Shown here: positions 38,727 to 49,092 of the stretch, piece by piece
How positions within the stretch are numbered: position 1 is the stretch's first letter
Layout: the number at the start of each line of letters is the position of its first letter
From: a virus
IMG/VR virus record: IMGVR_UViG_3300031857_000047
Location: 32,001-96,000 of that record
Reading direction: 5' to 3' (one strand)
Length of the DNA stretch: 64,000 nucleotides
Translations under genes and position numbers: made by a program
The notes under the pieces: generated by a model
What the model was told of the DNA's origin: nothing
Database searches by the model: none
The model's input: the letters and a program-made list of their open reading frames with translations, nothing else

Positions 38727-41700
38727 TTATATCATACCCCTTCCTGCAAGGAAGTAGGTATTAGTTAATAAGTCGCCACTGAAAGGTTGTTTAAAATTAA
38801 CCTTAACAGGTATGTTAAGTTGTTCGCTTGTTGTTGTTCCAATATCAGTAGGTCCAACTCTTACCACACCTGCAACTACTGATGTTGTAAATGCATCAGA
38901 ACCACCACCTGACACTCTTCTTGACAAATAGGCTTTAACTGCCCGTTGTGTAGGAACAATGTTATTACTGTCTGCGATGAATAATGGGTCTGTTGAAAAT
39001 TCTCTAATTACAACTCCTGATCCACCAACGCTTACTCCGCCTAGAGATAGTTCTTCTAGTCCTTCTAGCACAAAGAAATCAGCACTAATAGTCACTGTAC
39101 CAGTCGATTGCTCAACTGCAAAAACTTCTCCAACTCGGAAATTACCGTCTTGGTCAGTGCTCGAATAAAATACTCGGCCGCCGCCTTTTTCTACAACTTC
39201 ATTTTCTGGTGCAAGAACTGTTCCTACAGGAAATAATGTATTAGGATAATTTGTTTGTTCAAAGTTTCCTAATCCTACATCTAAGAAATCGTGACCTGTC
39301 AAACGAACTTGACTGTACAACTGTCTAATAGTAAGTGATTCGTCGTGCTCCGGAGATTCTTCTCTTCCTAGGGTTTTTGCTATTGCAATTTGAGCAGTGT
39401 AATCTCCTACTGTTCCTCCAAGAACAACTGCTGACAATACCTTGTAGGTATAATCATCGATGCCGTTTATGTTTAAGTTATCGCCAGGACCCGGTATACG
39501 AGTTAAACTGTCAACTACAAGAAATTTTCCAGTTTGATATTGATCTTTATATCCGTCTCCAGCTACAATAGCACCTGTAGTTAATGTTTGATAAGATTCG
39601 CCAACATCTACAATCGACGGAGTGCCCAATACTCCATTACCAACTCTAACTCCTACAGTAACTTCTGTTGTGTTATTAGGATCTGTTAATGTCATTACTG
39701 GTGCTGAAGAATAACCGCTGCCTACTTCCCATAACAATATACTTAAAATACGACCACTTCCCAATGTTACTCTAGCCTGAGGAGTAGTTCCCATTGATAA
39801 CAAATTACCAACAGTAGTTGCTGATAATCCAGACACTGCTACCAGTTTGCCAATACCGCCGCCGGCTATATCTCTCCATGACTGGACTCCACTCAAACTT
39901 CTATACGCCCAGTTGATACCGTCTGTTGACACTGCTACTTTATCATAACTTTCTGCTAGAGCAACAAATGTTCCTTGGAAGTATTTGATAGTCTGCCAAT
40001 TTTGTGTATCGATAGATGCAGGAGTCCATGTTATACCGTCAAAACTATAAAAAGTGGAGTTAGCTCCGGCGAAGCCACCTTCTATGGCTACAAATCTATT
40101 ATTACCGTAGGCAATTCCTCTACAGCCACCGATAAATGATCCCAGTGTCCATGTGGTTCCGTCGGTACTATATGCTGTTTGTGCTGTAGACGAGTCACTT
40201 TGTGAAACGGCAACAAATTTGCCTTTACCGTAGGTAATGTCAATCCAGTCGGCGCCTTCTGGCAATAGTCCTGCGGTCCATGTTATTGCATCTGGTGATG
40301 TTGCAATATCTTTGCCGCCGGTGGATGTAGCAACCCATAGACCGTTGCCGTAGACTACCGAACTGTATGTTTCTACGGGTGCTGTAGCAACGTTCCAAGC
40401 TACACCATCAAAACTATAAGAAATTTGTCCGCTTGATGCCACTGCAACAAATGTATTATCTCCGTAGGCAACTTTAACCCATGTTGCAGCAGTTGGTAAA
40501 TTAGTTGCTGTCCAAGTAGTTCCATTTGACGAATAACCAGCGGCATTTGATCCGGCTGTAGAAACTCCATTGGCTACCGCAACCCACTTTCCACTACCAT
40601 AGGTAATACTGATCCAGTCATCTGGTGTGGCTAAACTAATTGCGCTTGCATTATAACCTGTAGAACTAAAAGTAACTCTAGGTTCAATACTGTAATAGGT
40701 TGTTGTGTCTAATACAGGCTCTATAGTAGTACCTGGTTGGAAATGATTCCAACCTAGATGATGCATTATCATGCCGCCGGAACTGTTAATTAATAAAAAT
40801 ACTGTGCCGCCTTCTGAATCACTTACCGTTATTTGTGTAGCGTTTACTATGGTTTTTACATAGTAAATAGTTTCTAATTGTATGTTTCCGCTAACCACTC
40901 CTGTAAACAATACAGGATCATTAAGTTTTAGATATTCTGTGGTGCCAATAGTAATCCTGTTTCCAGATGAAGTAGTTGATGCTACAGTTTGTTGTGGTTT
41001 AAATTCGCTGGCTATAAAAGCATTTTTTGTAGTTTCGTTAAATTCTGCAATATATCCGTATTGACCTGTTCCAGTTCCAGAATCTAGTACCAATCGCATA
41101 GAACGATAGCTATCTGCTTCTGAATCATCAGAACCTGCAATTGTTACAGAGTATAAATCTCCTGATTGTGCATTATTTTTAGCATTAGCATATCCGCCGC
41201 CGCCCGATCCTGAAGAATCTCCCGGATCTTTAATTCTTACTTCGTAAACTGCTCCGTCCCTAAACTCTTCTGCTAGCAAGGATCCGTTAATACCTGCACC
41301 AGTTAATGTATAGGTTGCTTGGGTATATTCGTTTCCTGCATGACTGAAAAATGCTCTGGTCAATTCTCCGTTGACTGCAAATACTTGATCTACATTAGCA
41401 TCGTAATATCGATTATTGACTACAGCAGTAATTGGAACTTCGCTTAGATCAAAACCTTCTGCAACTGCTCCGTATTGTCCGTATGAACTGTTTCCGTTTG
41501 TACCTCTAATTTTTCCACCGTCGGTACATAGATAACTAACATGATTATAATAGGTAAAGACCGACACAACTTCTGTTTTACCAGTACCATTACACCATAC
41601 GCCAATTCCATCTGATAACACCTGTGTAAAATCGTTGGCAACAATAGTTTGATTGCCGCCGTCGTGTAGGTCGCCGTCTATTTTGAGGCCAATACAGGCT

Positions 41701-44174
41701 GTACCAAATGTAGTCACGTTTTGTATATACGGAGATTTTGTTCCTACCCATGCACTAGTATCAGCCGGACCATATCCTGGATCTAAACTAGCATACGCAC
41801 CGGCAGTTGGTCTTCTTGTCAAATAGACATTTAATGCTCCCAGTGTTCCACTAAGACCGGTTAATGTACAATTTCTTAATCCCGTGCCGTCCTTCATCAA
41901 AAACATATTTGATAATCTATTTTCTGATCCAGTTTTTGAATTGTAAAAATAAGTGCCAGTAAATTGACTTTCATAATTGCCTGGATATTTTAAATCGTAA
42001 GCAACAGCATTGACAATTTTTACAACATCAGGAATAAATCTTGGAGGTTGTGTATAACTTGATCTCAAAAACGCAATGTATGCAGACATTTCTGATTCTA
42101 AAAATTCAGAATTGTTTAATAATTGAGCCGCTGCTGCAAGTACATTAGCATCTGTAGATAGAGCATTTGTTCCTGTAATAGGAGAAGCTGTTCCAGTTGC
42201 TAGTCTTGATCGTATCTGTGCTAATAATGATCTTGCCGCAGTTACCTGCACAGAGGTTCCAGGGGTTCCTGTAAAATCTTGAGGAACATGTCCATATAAA
42301 ATTGAACCGTATGCCGGATTGGCTACTTCGGTAGTACCAATTGGCTGTTCTAAAATCAAGTATTCTATAATATAATTTAAATAATCAATAACATCCAACA
42401 TTGCCGAGGCGTCTGCATTGGTAAACACAGTATCGGATGCCGAAATAATTGTTCCTCTAAGTTCGTCTCCTACTACCGCTACAAATGATGGAACTCTTAA
42501 CGGTAGTATTTCTTCGTACATTCCATTCTTTACAAAAACTGTAGCAGGTCCAGTGATGTTATCCAGTGCATATCTCACTGTTCTCCAAGGAGAGTTTTGT
42601 GATGTTCCAGTAGTTCTGCTATCAACACCATCGGTTGCAACGTAATAGACTTTTGCCGAAGAATTAAAAGTTTCCCAGCTTGGTGACCCACTCTTAGCTT
42701 GTAATGTTTGACCTTGATTACCAACGGTTAAATTTGTAGCGCCTATGGTACTACCGTCTTCTGTTAGACCATATGTTTTAATATCACCAGTATAGGTTAA
42801 TATGTTCCTTTCGTCGCTATAGGTGTATTTTTCCCAATATATTCCAGCTTCGTCGTTGGGACGATTACCTAATGAAGAAACATGTTTTGCAATACATCTA
42901 TATGTTCCCGATCTCCATAGTATAAGATCTCCAATAACATAAGATCTAAACGCATCCCACTGGCCTTGCCATTTAGATCCGGGGATCATCAATTCCCAAT
43001 CTTCTGTATTGATCGTGGAACCGTCATCAATAAAATCAGTATCTGTTAAAGTTACATCTCTTTTTGCAATGTATAATTGGCCTTGTCTTCTTATTACATC
43101 ACCAATTTGATAAGATGTAGAGGCTGTCCAGTCACCTCTAATGTTTGAATTGACAAACAATAAATTCCAAAAATTATTGGTCTCGGTAGTTGGCTCTTCG
43201 CCGAGGTGTGTTAGTTTTGCAATGAACAAATATCCACCGTATCTAACAATATCACCTGGTTGATAAATGGCTCCCGATGCCCACTCTTGATCGTATTCAA
43301 AACCCGGGCAAAATATTGTCCAATAAGCCGAATCAAAAAATTGTCCGCTGTTGGTAGTATGCTTTACTGTACACTTGTACAAATAACTGCCATACTTAAC
43401 TACATCATTTACTTTGTACTGTACTGCTTGAGACCAGGCTCCGGCATATTCAATTCCGTCGTAGAGTATTGCCCACTTGCCTTGATCGTTTTCTAAGCCC
43501 AGTGCTTCGTTAACCGCTGAAAGATGTTGAGAAATACATCTATAGACTGTGCCGCCGTATTTTACTATGTCGTCTACATAGTAAATTGTGTCAATTTGCC
43601 AATCACCTTTCCAAATATTATTTAGATAGATCAATTGCCATTTTAATGAATCGCCTTCTAGTCCAATAAGTGGATCATCACTTGATACATGTGCCGCTAT
43701 ACATTTGTAGATTCTTCCGCTGTTAACAACAACATCGCCAAGATTATAAAGTGTGGACACTGTCCAATTTGTCTTCCATGACTCTGAACTAGAATAAATG
43801 ATCCAATAGTTATTTGTTGAATAGTCTAAAACAAAGTCGCTTTCAAGTTCTGCTGAAATATGTTCTTCGACACAAAAATATGTTACTGCACCTTTCTTTA
43901 CAACAGCACCTCTAGTATAATATGTATTTTCAGTCCAACGGCCTTGCCAGCTGGCGCTTTCTACCATTACTACCCATCTTGGGGCAGGACTAGGAGGAAT
44001 ATCACTGTTTAAAAAGTTTAAGTCGTCGTAAAAATTGTCATCAGCAGTATGCTGAGTGATACAAACATATATTCTTGCACCGAATCGTACGATATCGTCA
44101 TTTAGGTAATTAGATCCAGCGGACCACTGCCCTTTCCAAGTATATTTTAATCTACTGATTTTAAAATCTGACAT
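38727..44174 (-). CDS. Giant multidomain fibre/appendage protein (1815 aa), paralog of 30351
   Basis: Same architecture; shares VGDELR, QNVTTFGTAC.G.KIDG, NDFTQVLSDGIG and YSQVRLTGHDFLD...STDQDGNFRVG. Confidence 0.8.
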   Translation of the reverse strand: MSDFKISRLKYTWKGQWSAGSNYLNDDIVRFGARIYVCITQHTADDNFYDDLNFLNSDIPPSPAPRWVVMVESASWQGRWTENTYYTRGAVVKKGAVTYFCVEEHISAELESDFVLDYSTNNYWIIYSSSESWKTNWTVSTLYNLGDVVVNSGRIYKCIAAHVSSDDPLIGLEGDSLKWQLIYLNNIWKGDWQIDTIYYVDDIVKYGGTVYRCISQHLSAVNEALGLENDQGKWAILYDGIEYAGAWSQAVQYKVNDVVKYGSYLYKCTVKHTTNSGQFFDSAYWTIFCPGFEYDQEWASGAIYQPGDIVRYGGYLFIAKLTHLGEEPTTETNNFWNLLFVNSNIRGDWTASTSYQIGDVIRRQGQLYIAKRDVTLTDTDFIDDGSTINTEDWELMIPGSKWQGQWDAFRSYVIGDLILWRSGTYRCIAKHVSSLGNRPNDEAGIYWEKYTYSDERNILTYTGDIKTYGLTEDGSTIGATNLTVGNQGQTLQAKSGSPSWETFNSSAKVYYVATDGVDSRTTGTSQNSPWRTVRYALDNITGPATVFVKNGMYEEILPLRVPSFVAVVGDELRGTIISASDTVFTNADASAMLDVIDYLNYIIEYLILEQPIGTTEVANPAYGSILYGHVPQDFTGTPGTSVQVTAARSLLAQIRSRLATGTASPITGTNALSTDANVLAAAAQLLNNSEFLESEMSAYIAFLRSSYTQPPRFIPDVVKIVNAVAYDLKYPGNYESQFTGTYFYNSKTGSENRLSNMFLMKDGTGLRNCTLTGLSGTLGALNVYLTRRPTAGAYASLDPGYGPADTSAWVGTKSPYIQNVTTFGTACIGLKIDGDLHDGGNQTIVANDFTQVLSDGIGVWCNGTGKTEVVSVFTYYNHVSYLCTDGGKIRGTNGNSSYGQYGAVAEGFDLSEVPITAVVNNRYYDANVDQVFAVNGELTRAFFSHAGNEYTQATYTLTGAGINGSLLAEEFRDGAVYEVRIKDPGDSSGSGGGGYANAKNNAQSGDLYSVTIAGSDDSEADSYRSMRLVLDSGTGTGQYGYIAEFNETTKNAFIASEFKPQQTVASTTSSGNRITIGTTEYLKLNDPVLFTGVVSGNIQLETIYYVKTIVNATQITVSDSEGGTVFLLINSSGGMIMHHLGWNHFQPGTTIEPVLDTTTYYSIEPRVTFSSTGYNASAISLATPDDWISITYGSGKWVAVANGVSTAGSNAAGYSSNGTTWTATNLPTAATWVKVAYGDNTFVAVASSGQISYSFDGVAWNVATAPVETYSSVVYGNGLWVATSTGGKDIATSPDAITWTAGLLPEGADWIDITYGKGKFVAVSQSDSSTAQTAYSTDGTTWTLGSFIGGCRGIAYGNNRFVAIEGGFAGANSTFYSFDGITWTPASIDTQNWQTIKYFQGTFVALAESYDKVAVSTDGINWAYRSLSGVQSWRDIAGGGIGKLVAVSGLSATTVGNLLSMGTTPQARVTLGSGRILSILLWEVGSGYSSAPVMTLTDPNNTTEVTVGVRVGNGVLGTPSIVDVGESYQTLTTGAIVAGDGYKDQYQTGKFLVVDSLTRIPGPGDNLNINGIDDYTYKVLSAVVLGGTVGDYTAQIAIAKTLGREESPEHDESLTIRQLYSQVRLTGHDFLDVGLGNFEQTNYPNTLFPVGTVLAPENEVVEKGGGRVFYSSTDQDGNFRVGEVFAVEQSTGTVTISADFFVLEGLEELSLGGVSVGGSGVVIREFSTDPLFIADSNNIVPTQRAVKAYLSRRVSGGGSDAFTTSVVAGVVRVGPTDIGTTTSEQLNIPVKVNFKQPFSGDLLTNTYFLAGRGMI

Positions 44175-44182
44175 GATTTATT

Positions 44183-44554
44183 TTAGCCCTCTGAGTCAAA
44201 ATTGTCGTATTCGTGACCGTTATTAATTCTTGCTACTAATTGACCGTCATTATCTACATAATAAAAAATAGCTCTATCGTCCCATCTGTATTGTTGATAC
44301 TTTAAATTATCAAATACAAGATTATGATTAATATCTATTCCTTCGTAAAAATCCACACCGTTTTCGAAGTCGGAAAAGTTCTCGGCTGGGTCTCCGGGAT
44401 TATTAATTGAAATACTGTCATTGCTCTTTGCCTGATCGCTGCGTTCTAAAAACACACTACCATTTTCATTTTTTCTTAGTCCATAGAAAAATCTTGGAGT
44501 AGAACCTAGTCTACTTTCTGGATCTTGTCCTAGATAATAATTGCTATTTGCCAT
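44183..44554 (-). CDS. Hypothetical virion-associated protein
   Basis: 123-aa ORF in the fibre operon with an SD; RFFYGLR and YQQYRWD..IFYYVD. Confidence 0.6.
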   Translation of the reverse strand: MANSNYYLGQDPESRLGSTPRFFYGLRKNENGSVFLERSDQAKSNDSISINNPGDPAENFSDFENGVDFYEGIDINHNLVFDNLKYQQYRWDDRAIFYYVDNDGQLVARINNGHEYDNFDSEG

Positions 44555-44564
44555 GATTTATTCC

Positions 44565-44897
44565 TTATGAAAGTTCAACATAACTAACAACAGTGTCAAC
44601 ACTATTAGCAGTATCGCTGACAATTCTCAATCCTGATGTTTCTGGTAAAATTAATTTTTCACCGTTGGTAATAATTTTTACCGCTGAGTTAGGCGGTATT
44701 GTTAATCCCCTAACATAATATGCAGGTGTACTATCATCGCTGACTACAAATACGTCAACGTTGACTGTTTCGTATTCTGTAGAGTTTGCAATGTTGCAAC
44801 CAATAACTGTTGCTCTAAAACCTACAGGAATTTGTACAACATCTATTGGCGTAGTTCCTATTCCTGCGTTAACTGCGTGTTTGAATGTGGTTGGCAT
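44565..44897 (-). CDS. Small beta-sandwich virion protein
   Basis: MPTTFK...TVIGCNIAN...IPPNSAV...GEKLIL....L.IVSD...SVDTVVSYVE. Confidence 0.6.
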   Translation of the reverse strand: MPTTFKHAVNAGIGTTPIDVVQIPVGFRATVIGCNIANSTEYETVNVDVFVVSDDSTPAYYVRGLTIPPNSAVKIITNGEKLILPETSGLRIVSDTANSVDTVVSYVELS

Positions 44898-44901
44898 TAT
44901 A

Positions 44902-45951
44902 TTATCCTAGTGTCAATGCAAATCTAATTGCAATGTCGTTAGCTGTGCTTTCTGAAACGGCACCAATTGTACCTGCTGGGCTTGACCATTGTAGTCCATC
45001 CCAAATTTCCAAAGCCTTTGAATCTGTGTTGTATCGAGTCATGCCCTCAACAGCATAAGTTGTTGGGCGTTCGCCTGTTGTTCCACGTGGAACAACAAAT
45101 GCATTGGTTCCGGATATTTTTACATATCCAGTTCCTGTTTGTGTCAATTCTGTTATACTGTCGCTGACAAAGTTAGTAATAGTATTATCACGTATGCGGA
45201 AATTGCCGATTACTACAGCGCCGGATCCGTTAGGGTCAAGTACTAGATCTCCGGTTGTCGTAGAGATGGTGTTATTTTCTAAATGTATGTTGCCAACATC
45301 AAATGTACTTAGACTCAAACTATCAGCAAAAACTCCTTGAGCATATACTGCTTGCCATTTATATCCCGGTGATCCAAGATCGTATGAGTTGTTAGTTTCA
45401 GGAATTAGATCGCTGCGAATACTGGCATTAATTGTGATAGTGTCCGATAATGCATCGCCAATTATAAGATTACCGCCTATTGTGATGTTGCCGGTTGCAG
45501 AAATGTTTCCGTCGACTGCTAGATTGCCTGTAATATCGGTGGCGCTTTGAATGTCGACTTTTCCTGTGCCACTAGGATCTAACTCTAAGTTTGAATTAGA
45601 AACAGTAGTTGAAATTTTGTTGCCGTGAATTTCAATATCATTAACAGTTAGTCTAGAATGATAGGCTGTTGCTTCACCGCCTGATGCTATGAAGCTAATT
45701 GTTGGAAGATTGCTAGAAATTGTATTGCCGGTAAGTGTAAAATTACCAACTTCTATTTGATTTAGAACTTCTAAATTTGTAGTTCTTGCTGTGCCTACTA
45801 GGTCTAATTGGTATTGAGGAGTAGCCGTGTTGATACCGATGCGAGAGTTAACAACATCAAGATAAAGAAGGTCTGTCTCAAAGGCTAAATTGACTCCGTC
45901 ACGAATCAAATTCGACTTTAAGAGCGGACCGGAAATACGACCAATAGCCAT
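44902..45951 (-). CDS. Tail-fibre-like structural protein
   Basis: MAIGRISGPLLKSNL start, repeated NTIST...L.L.P.G.G.V units and C-terminal VPRGTTGERP..GMTRYNT. Confidence 0.7.
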   Translation of the reverse strand: MAIGRISGPLLKSNLIRDGVNLAFETDLLYLDVVNSRIGINTATPQYQLDLVGTARTTNLEVLNQIEVGNFTLTGNTISSNLPTISFIASGGEATAYHSRLTVNDIEIHGNKISTTVSNSNLELDPSGTGKVDIQSATDITGNLAVDGNISATGNITIGGNLIIGDALSDTITINASIRSDLIPETNNSYDLGSPGYKWQAVYAQGVFADSLSLSTFDVGNIHLENNTISTTTGDLVLDPNGSGAVVIGNFRIRDNTITNFVSDSITELTQTGTGYVKISGTNAFVVPRGTTGERPTTYAVEGMTRYNTDSKALEIWDGLQWSSPAGTIGAVSESTANDIAIRFALTLG

Positions 45952-46071
45952 GTGCTCTCCTAAATACCCGGTGTTTCACCGATAACCAAATTTTCAGCTT
46001 GCGCTCTCTGCTGGTTTACCACAGTCGAATCTTGCAGAAAATTGGTCGTTCGCTGCAATTACTAGTATTTA
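45952..46071 (-). promoter_or_regulatory. Late promoter plus 114-nt structured 5' leader (candidate cis-regulatory RNA)
   Basis: TAAATA at 46066-46071; stems TTGCAG/CTGCAA, AACCA/TGGTT and CGGTG-AAA-CACCG precede the AGGAGAG SD. Confidence 0.5.
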
Positions 46072-46085
46072 GTCAGATTTGGGAA

Positions 46086-47177
46086 TTAGCCGAAGATCAG
46101 TGTATAAACGTGGCCGAGTTCTTCCATGATAGGCGCAGTGATAACAATACCGCCACCTGTGGCCACCTGCCATATTGTGCCGTCGAAACATTCCATGTAG
46201 CCTATTTCACTATTCCAACGTGTGGCTCCTACTTCAACCGGAGTGCGTTCAGCTGTAGTTCCGTATGGAATTCTAAAGGCATTGGTATCGTTTATGGTTA
46301 GATAGCCAGTACCTGTATGAGAAATAGTTATAGGAGTATTATTGAAATTGTTTATCACCCCTGCATTTATAGAAATGTTTTCTATTCTTATTGTGCCAGT
46401 TGCAGAGTCAACTATGAGATTGTCATTGCTTTGAATTGTTGATATTGTATTAGCAGTAAATTTCATTTGATCGCTAATAAACAAATTTACAGTATTAATA
46501 TTATCAACTCCATTTATGTCGTAAATGTGCAATTCTGACCAACGCTTATCGTTTTTACCCAAATCGTATGTTCCATCTAGTCCTGGAATAATACTTTGTG
46601 TAAAATCAGGAGAAATAGTAACAGTATCTATTGGACTGTCTCCTACAATAAACTGTCCGTCTAGTCTTACTTCACCTGTTGCAGAGATGTTTCCAACTAC
46701 TGCTAAATTGCCTGTAATGTCAGTACTGGCTAAAATATTAACTTTGCCTGTGCCTGCTGCATCCAGAGTAATATCAGCGTTGGTAGCAATGCCTCTAATA
46801 TAATTGTCTTTAATTTCAAAATCAGGAGTTAATATTTTACCGTATTGAACATAGGCTTCTGCACCGTTAGGTTCTATAATTATAGGGCCTACTGTAGTGC
46901 TTATTGTTCCAGAAGTATAAAAAATTAAATTATCTACCTCTGCTTGTGTACCGTTCACAATAACATTAGCACTTACTCTAGAGTCGCCTGCGATGTCTAA
47001 TTCGTAGTCTGGTGGATTAGAATTGATACCTATTCTAGAGTTATTAACATCTAGATATAATAGGTCAGCATCAGTTGGAGCATTTCTAAAAGTTAGGTCA
47101 ACACCGTTTCTTAATAGATTTTCAGTTAAAAGTTTTCCACTGATCCTACCAAGTTGTGCTACAAACGGTTCTGGCAT
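46086..47177 (-). CDS. Tail-fibre-like structural protein, paralog of 44902
   Basis: LGRISGKLL..NL.R.GV, LLYLDV.NSRIGIN and IPYGTTAER..GATRWN. Confidence 0.7.
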   Translation of the reverse strand: MPEPFVAQLGRISGKLLTENLLRNGVDLTFRNAPTDADLLYLDVNNSRIGINSNPPDYELDIAGDSRVSANVIVNGTQAEVDNLIFYTSGTISTTVGPIIIEPNGAEAYVQYGKILTPDFEIKDNYIRGIATNADITLDAAGTGKVNILASTDITGNLAVVGNISATGEVRLDGQFIVGDSPIDTVTISPDFTQSIIPGLDGTYDLGKNDKRWSELHIYDINGVDNINTVNLFISDQMKFTANTISTIQSNDNLIVDSATGTIRIENISINAGVINNFNNTPITISHTGTGYLTINDTNAFRIPYGTTAERTPVEVGATRWNSEIGYMECFDGTIWQVATGGGIVITAPIMEELGHVYTLIFG

Positions 47178-47195
47178 TCGCTCTCTCCGGTAATA

Positions 47196-47696
47196 TTAAT
47201 CGGCGTAGCCGTAATATATTGTGATGTATTTGTCTAAAGGAACTGAACTGGTAAACACAATATAGGTATTACCTGATCCTAGATAATTGTCCACTAGGTT
47301 GTAGTTAGTATCTGAAATTTGAAAAACGTTTTCAACAAATACCAAAATGTTGTTTTCAGAATTTGGAATTTTAGTTAAAGGACCAAATGTTGTCTCTACT
47401 TCGTTGCCTGGCCCTAGAGTCTGTTTGGTAATAGCTGTGGCGCCCGGAGCTCTAACCACTTCCCATACTCCGTCGATATAGGCTTCGATGGAGTTTGTTG
47501 TAGTATTGTACCGCATGAATCCATTAGCGCCGCCTGTGGTTCTAACTCCGCTTAATTGCGGACGTTGTGCAGTAGTACCTTTAGGCAATCGTAATCCGCC
47601 TGTTATTTCCATAACAGCACGACCATAGTGATTGGTAAACAGTGTTTGATCACTAGGACTATACTTGCTAAGAGTTTTTTGTTTAAGGAATCTCAT
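47196..47696 (-). CDS. Small fibre-associated structural protein
   Basis: LPKGTTAQRP..GFMRYNT motif and ILVFVENVFQ domain. Confidence 0.6.
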   Translation of the reverse strand: MRFLKQKTLSKYSPSDQTLFTNHYGRAVMEITGGLRLPKGTTAQRPQLSGVRTTGGANGFMRYNTTTNSIEAYIDGVWEVVRAPGATAITKQTLGPGNEVETTFGPLTKIPNSENNILVFVENVFQISDTNYNLVDNYLGSGNTYIVFTSSVPLDKYITIYYGYAD

Positions 47697-48076
47697 ACTG
47701 GCAATGCACTCACTGTGATACTTAACAAGTTTCCAACGCTGGCAGTAGCACGAATTTGATCATTACCATAAGTAGTACTACCTTTTAACACTATGCGCTC
47801 GTCGCTGAAAAATACAGTTTCTCCTGCAGGTACAATTAAATTCTTAACAACAGTATTTGTGTCTGAACTTACTCCGCCTGCTGGCACTAAATTTAATGTT
47901 AGAGTACAACTGTTAACAGTTTCGTCGGTTAAGTTTGGAGTTCCTGTATTACAAACTATGATATTTGTAATGGCATTATCTTGTGCAACTACTGCGCCAC
48001 CAACTGGGGCTCCTGTACTGGTGCTAGTAAACACCAATGTATCTCCTGAAGTTGTTAGTCGTGTGCTGTATATCAT
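47693..48076 (-). CDS. Small beta-sandwich virion protein
   Basis: AITNIIVCN...VPAGETVFF..ERIVL...DQI.A....LSITVS; same family as 30017 and 44565. Confidence 0.55.
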   Translation of the reverse strand: MIYSTRLTTSGDTLVFTSTSTGAPVGGAVVAQDNAITNIIVCNTGTPNLTDETVNSCTLTLNLVPAGGVSSDTNTVVKNLIVPAGETVFFSDERIVLKGSTTYGNDQIRATASVGNLLSITVSALPV

Positions 48077-48088
48077 TTTTATTGTCTC

Positions 48089-49078
48089 TTAAAATATCAT
48101 GCTAAAAACAAGAGCTTTGCTCTTGCTTATCAATTCATCATTCTTACTGGTGTTTCTAAAATAAACGCCTGTGCTGCCTGTACCTACAGATCCGCCATAT
48201 ACTAAACTAGCATTGTTTACTGCCGCTGGAGTAGTTCCTGGATTGTCTAGTTGTAAGGCGTAGGTAATTTCAACTTTCCCTGTACCGTTGGTTTCTAATT
48301 TGATATTGCCGTTGGTATTAACCGTTTGAATTACAGTAGCATCGGGAATTAACGGGTCATCCGGTGTTGGATCCTCTGTAAAAAAGTTTGCTCCGGCCAT
48401 TTGCACTCTGTTTCTAAAAAACTGTGCAACAATGTTATTGTCAATTACTACTCCTACTAGACTTTCTACAGGTTGTACAAAGTATGGACCAATTGGAAAT
48501 AATCCAGAAGCTATAGGATCGTTTACATCAAATGCTGCGGTACGTGTATCATTTCTTAAAATTTGAAATGTTGGATTAGTTTGAATTGCATCGTCAACAT
48601 ATTTTTTATTAGGTACGTCATCGTCGTCTGTAACTTGCAATTCGTATGCTGTTGTGCCTGCTACTTTAACAACTCCTGTACCAGTTCCAATTAGTGTCAA
48701 ATCGCCACTATCGGTATCTGCGTTTGTTAAAATTTCTTTTACTCTAACTTTACTAGAATTATAACCAGCACCTTCTTTGAAATTCCATGTTTGATCATTT
48801 TCATCCCACAACAATGAAACATCAGTTGCTAATCCTCGATCAACTTCAATTCCAGAATATCTTAGAGTAACACCACTACCGGTTTCACCGTAATTAATTG
48901 TAATTATGTTGTCGTCTACATTTAAGTTTTCAACAGAGACATACAAGGTGTCACCTTCAACTATTAAGTTTCCAGTAACTCTGGTATTTCCAACACCCGC
49001 ACCCGTATCAAGAGTAATTGTTGCACCCTCGCCGGATTTGATATTATAATCACCGCTTACCTGTATAAACTGTCCCAT
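48089..49078 (-). CDS. Tail-fibre-like structural protein
   Basis: TGNLIVEG...DNIITIN.GE..GIEVDRG, VPNKKYVD; C-terminus ELISKSKALVFSMIF. Confidence 0.65.
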   Translation of the reverse strand: MGQFIQVSGDYNIKSGEGATITLDTGAGVGNTRVTGNLIVEGDTLYVSVENLNVDDNIITINYGETGSGVTLRYSGIEVDRGLATDVSLLWDENDQTWNFKEGAGYNSSKVRVKEILTNADTDSGDLTLIGTGTGVVKVAGTTAYELQVTDDDDVPNKKYVDDAIQTNPTFQILRNDTRTAAFDVNDPIASGLFPIGPYFVQPVESLVGVVIDNNIVAQFFRNRVQMAGANFFTEDPTPDDPLIPDATVIQTVNTNGNIKLETNGTGKVEITYALQLDNPGTTPAAVNNASLVYGGSVGTGSTGVYFRNTSKNDELISKSKALVFSMIF

Positions 49079-49092
49079 GCTAAAATCCTAAA

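Noticed and set aside
45975-46030. Resemblance of GGTAAACC...GCAAGC to a c-di-GMP-I riboswitch
   Set aside because: The required GNRA tetraloop/receptor arrangement and P1 pairing could not be built by eye. It is kept only as an unassigned structured leader.
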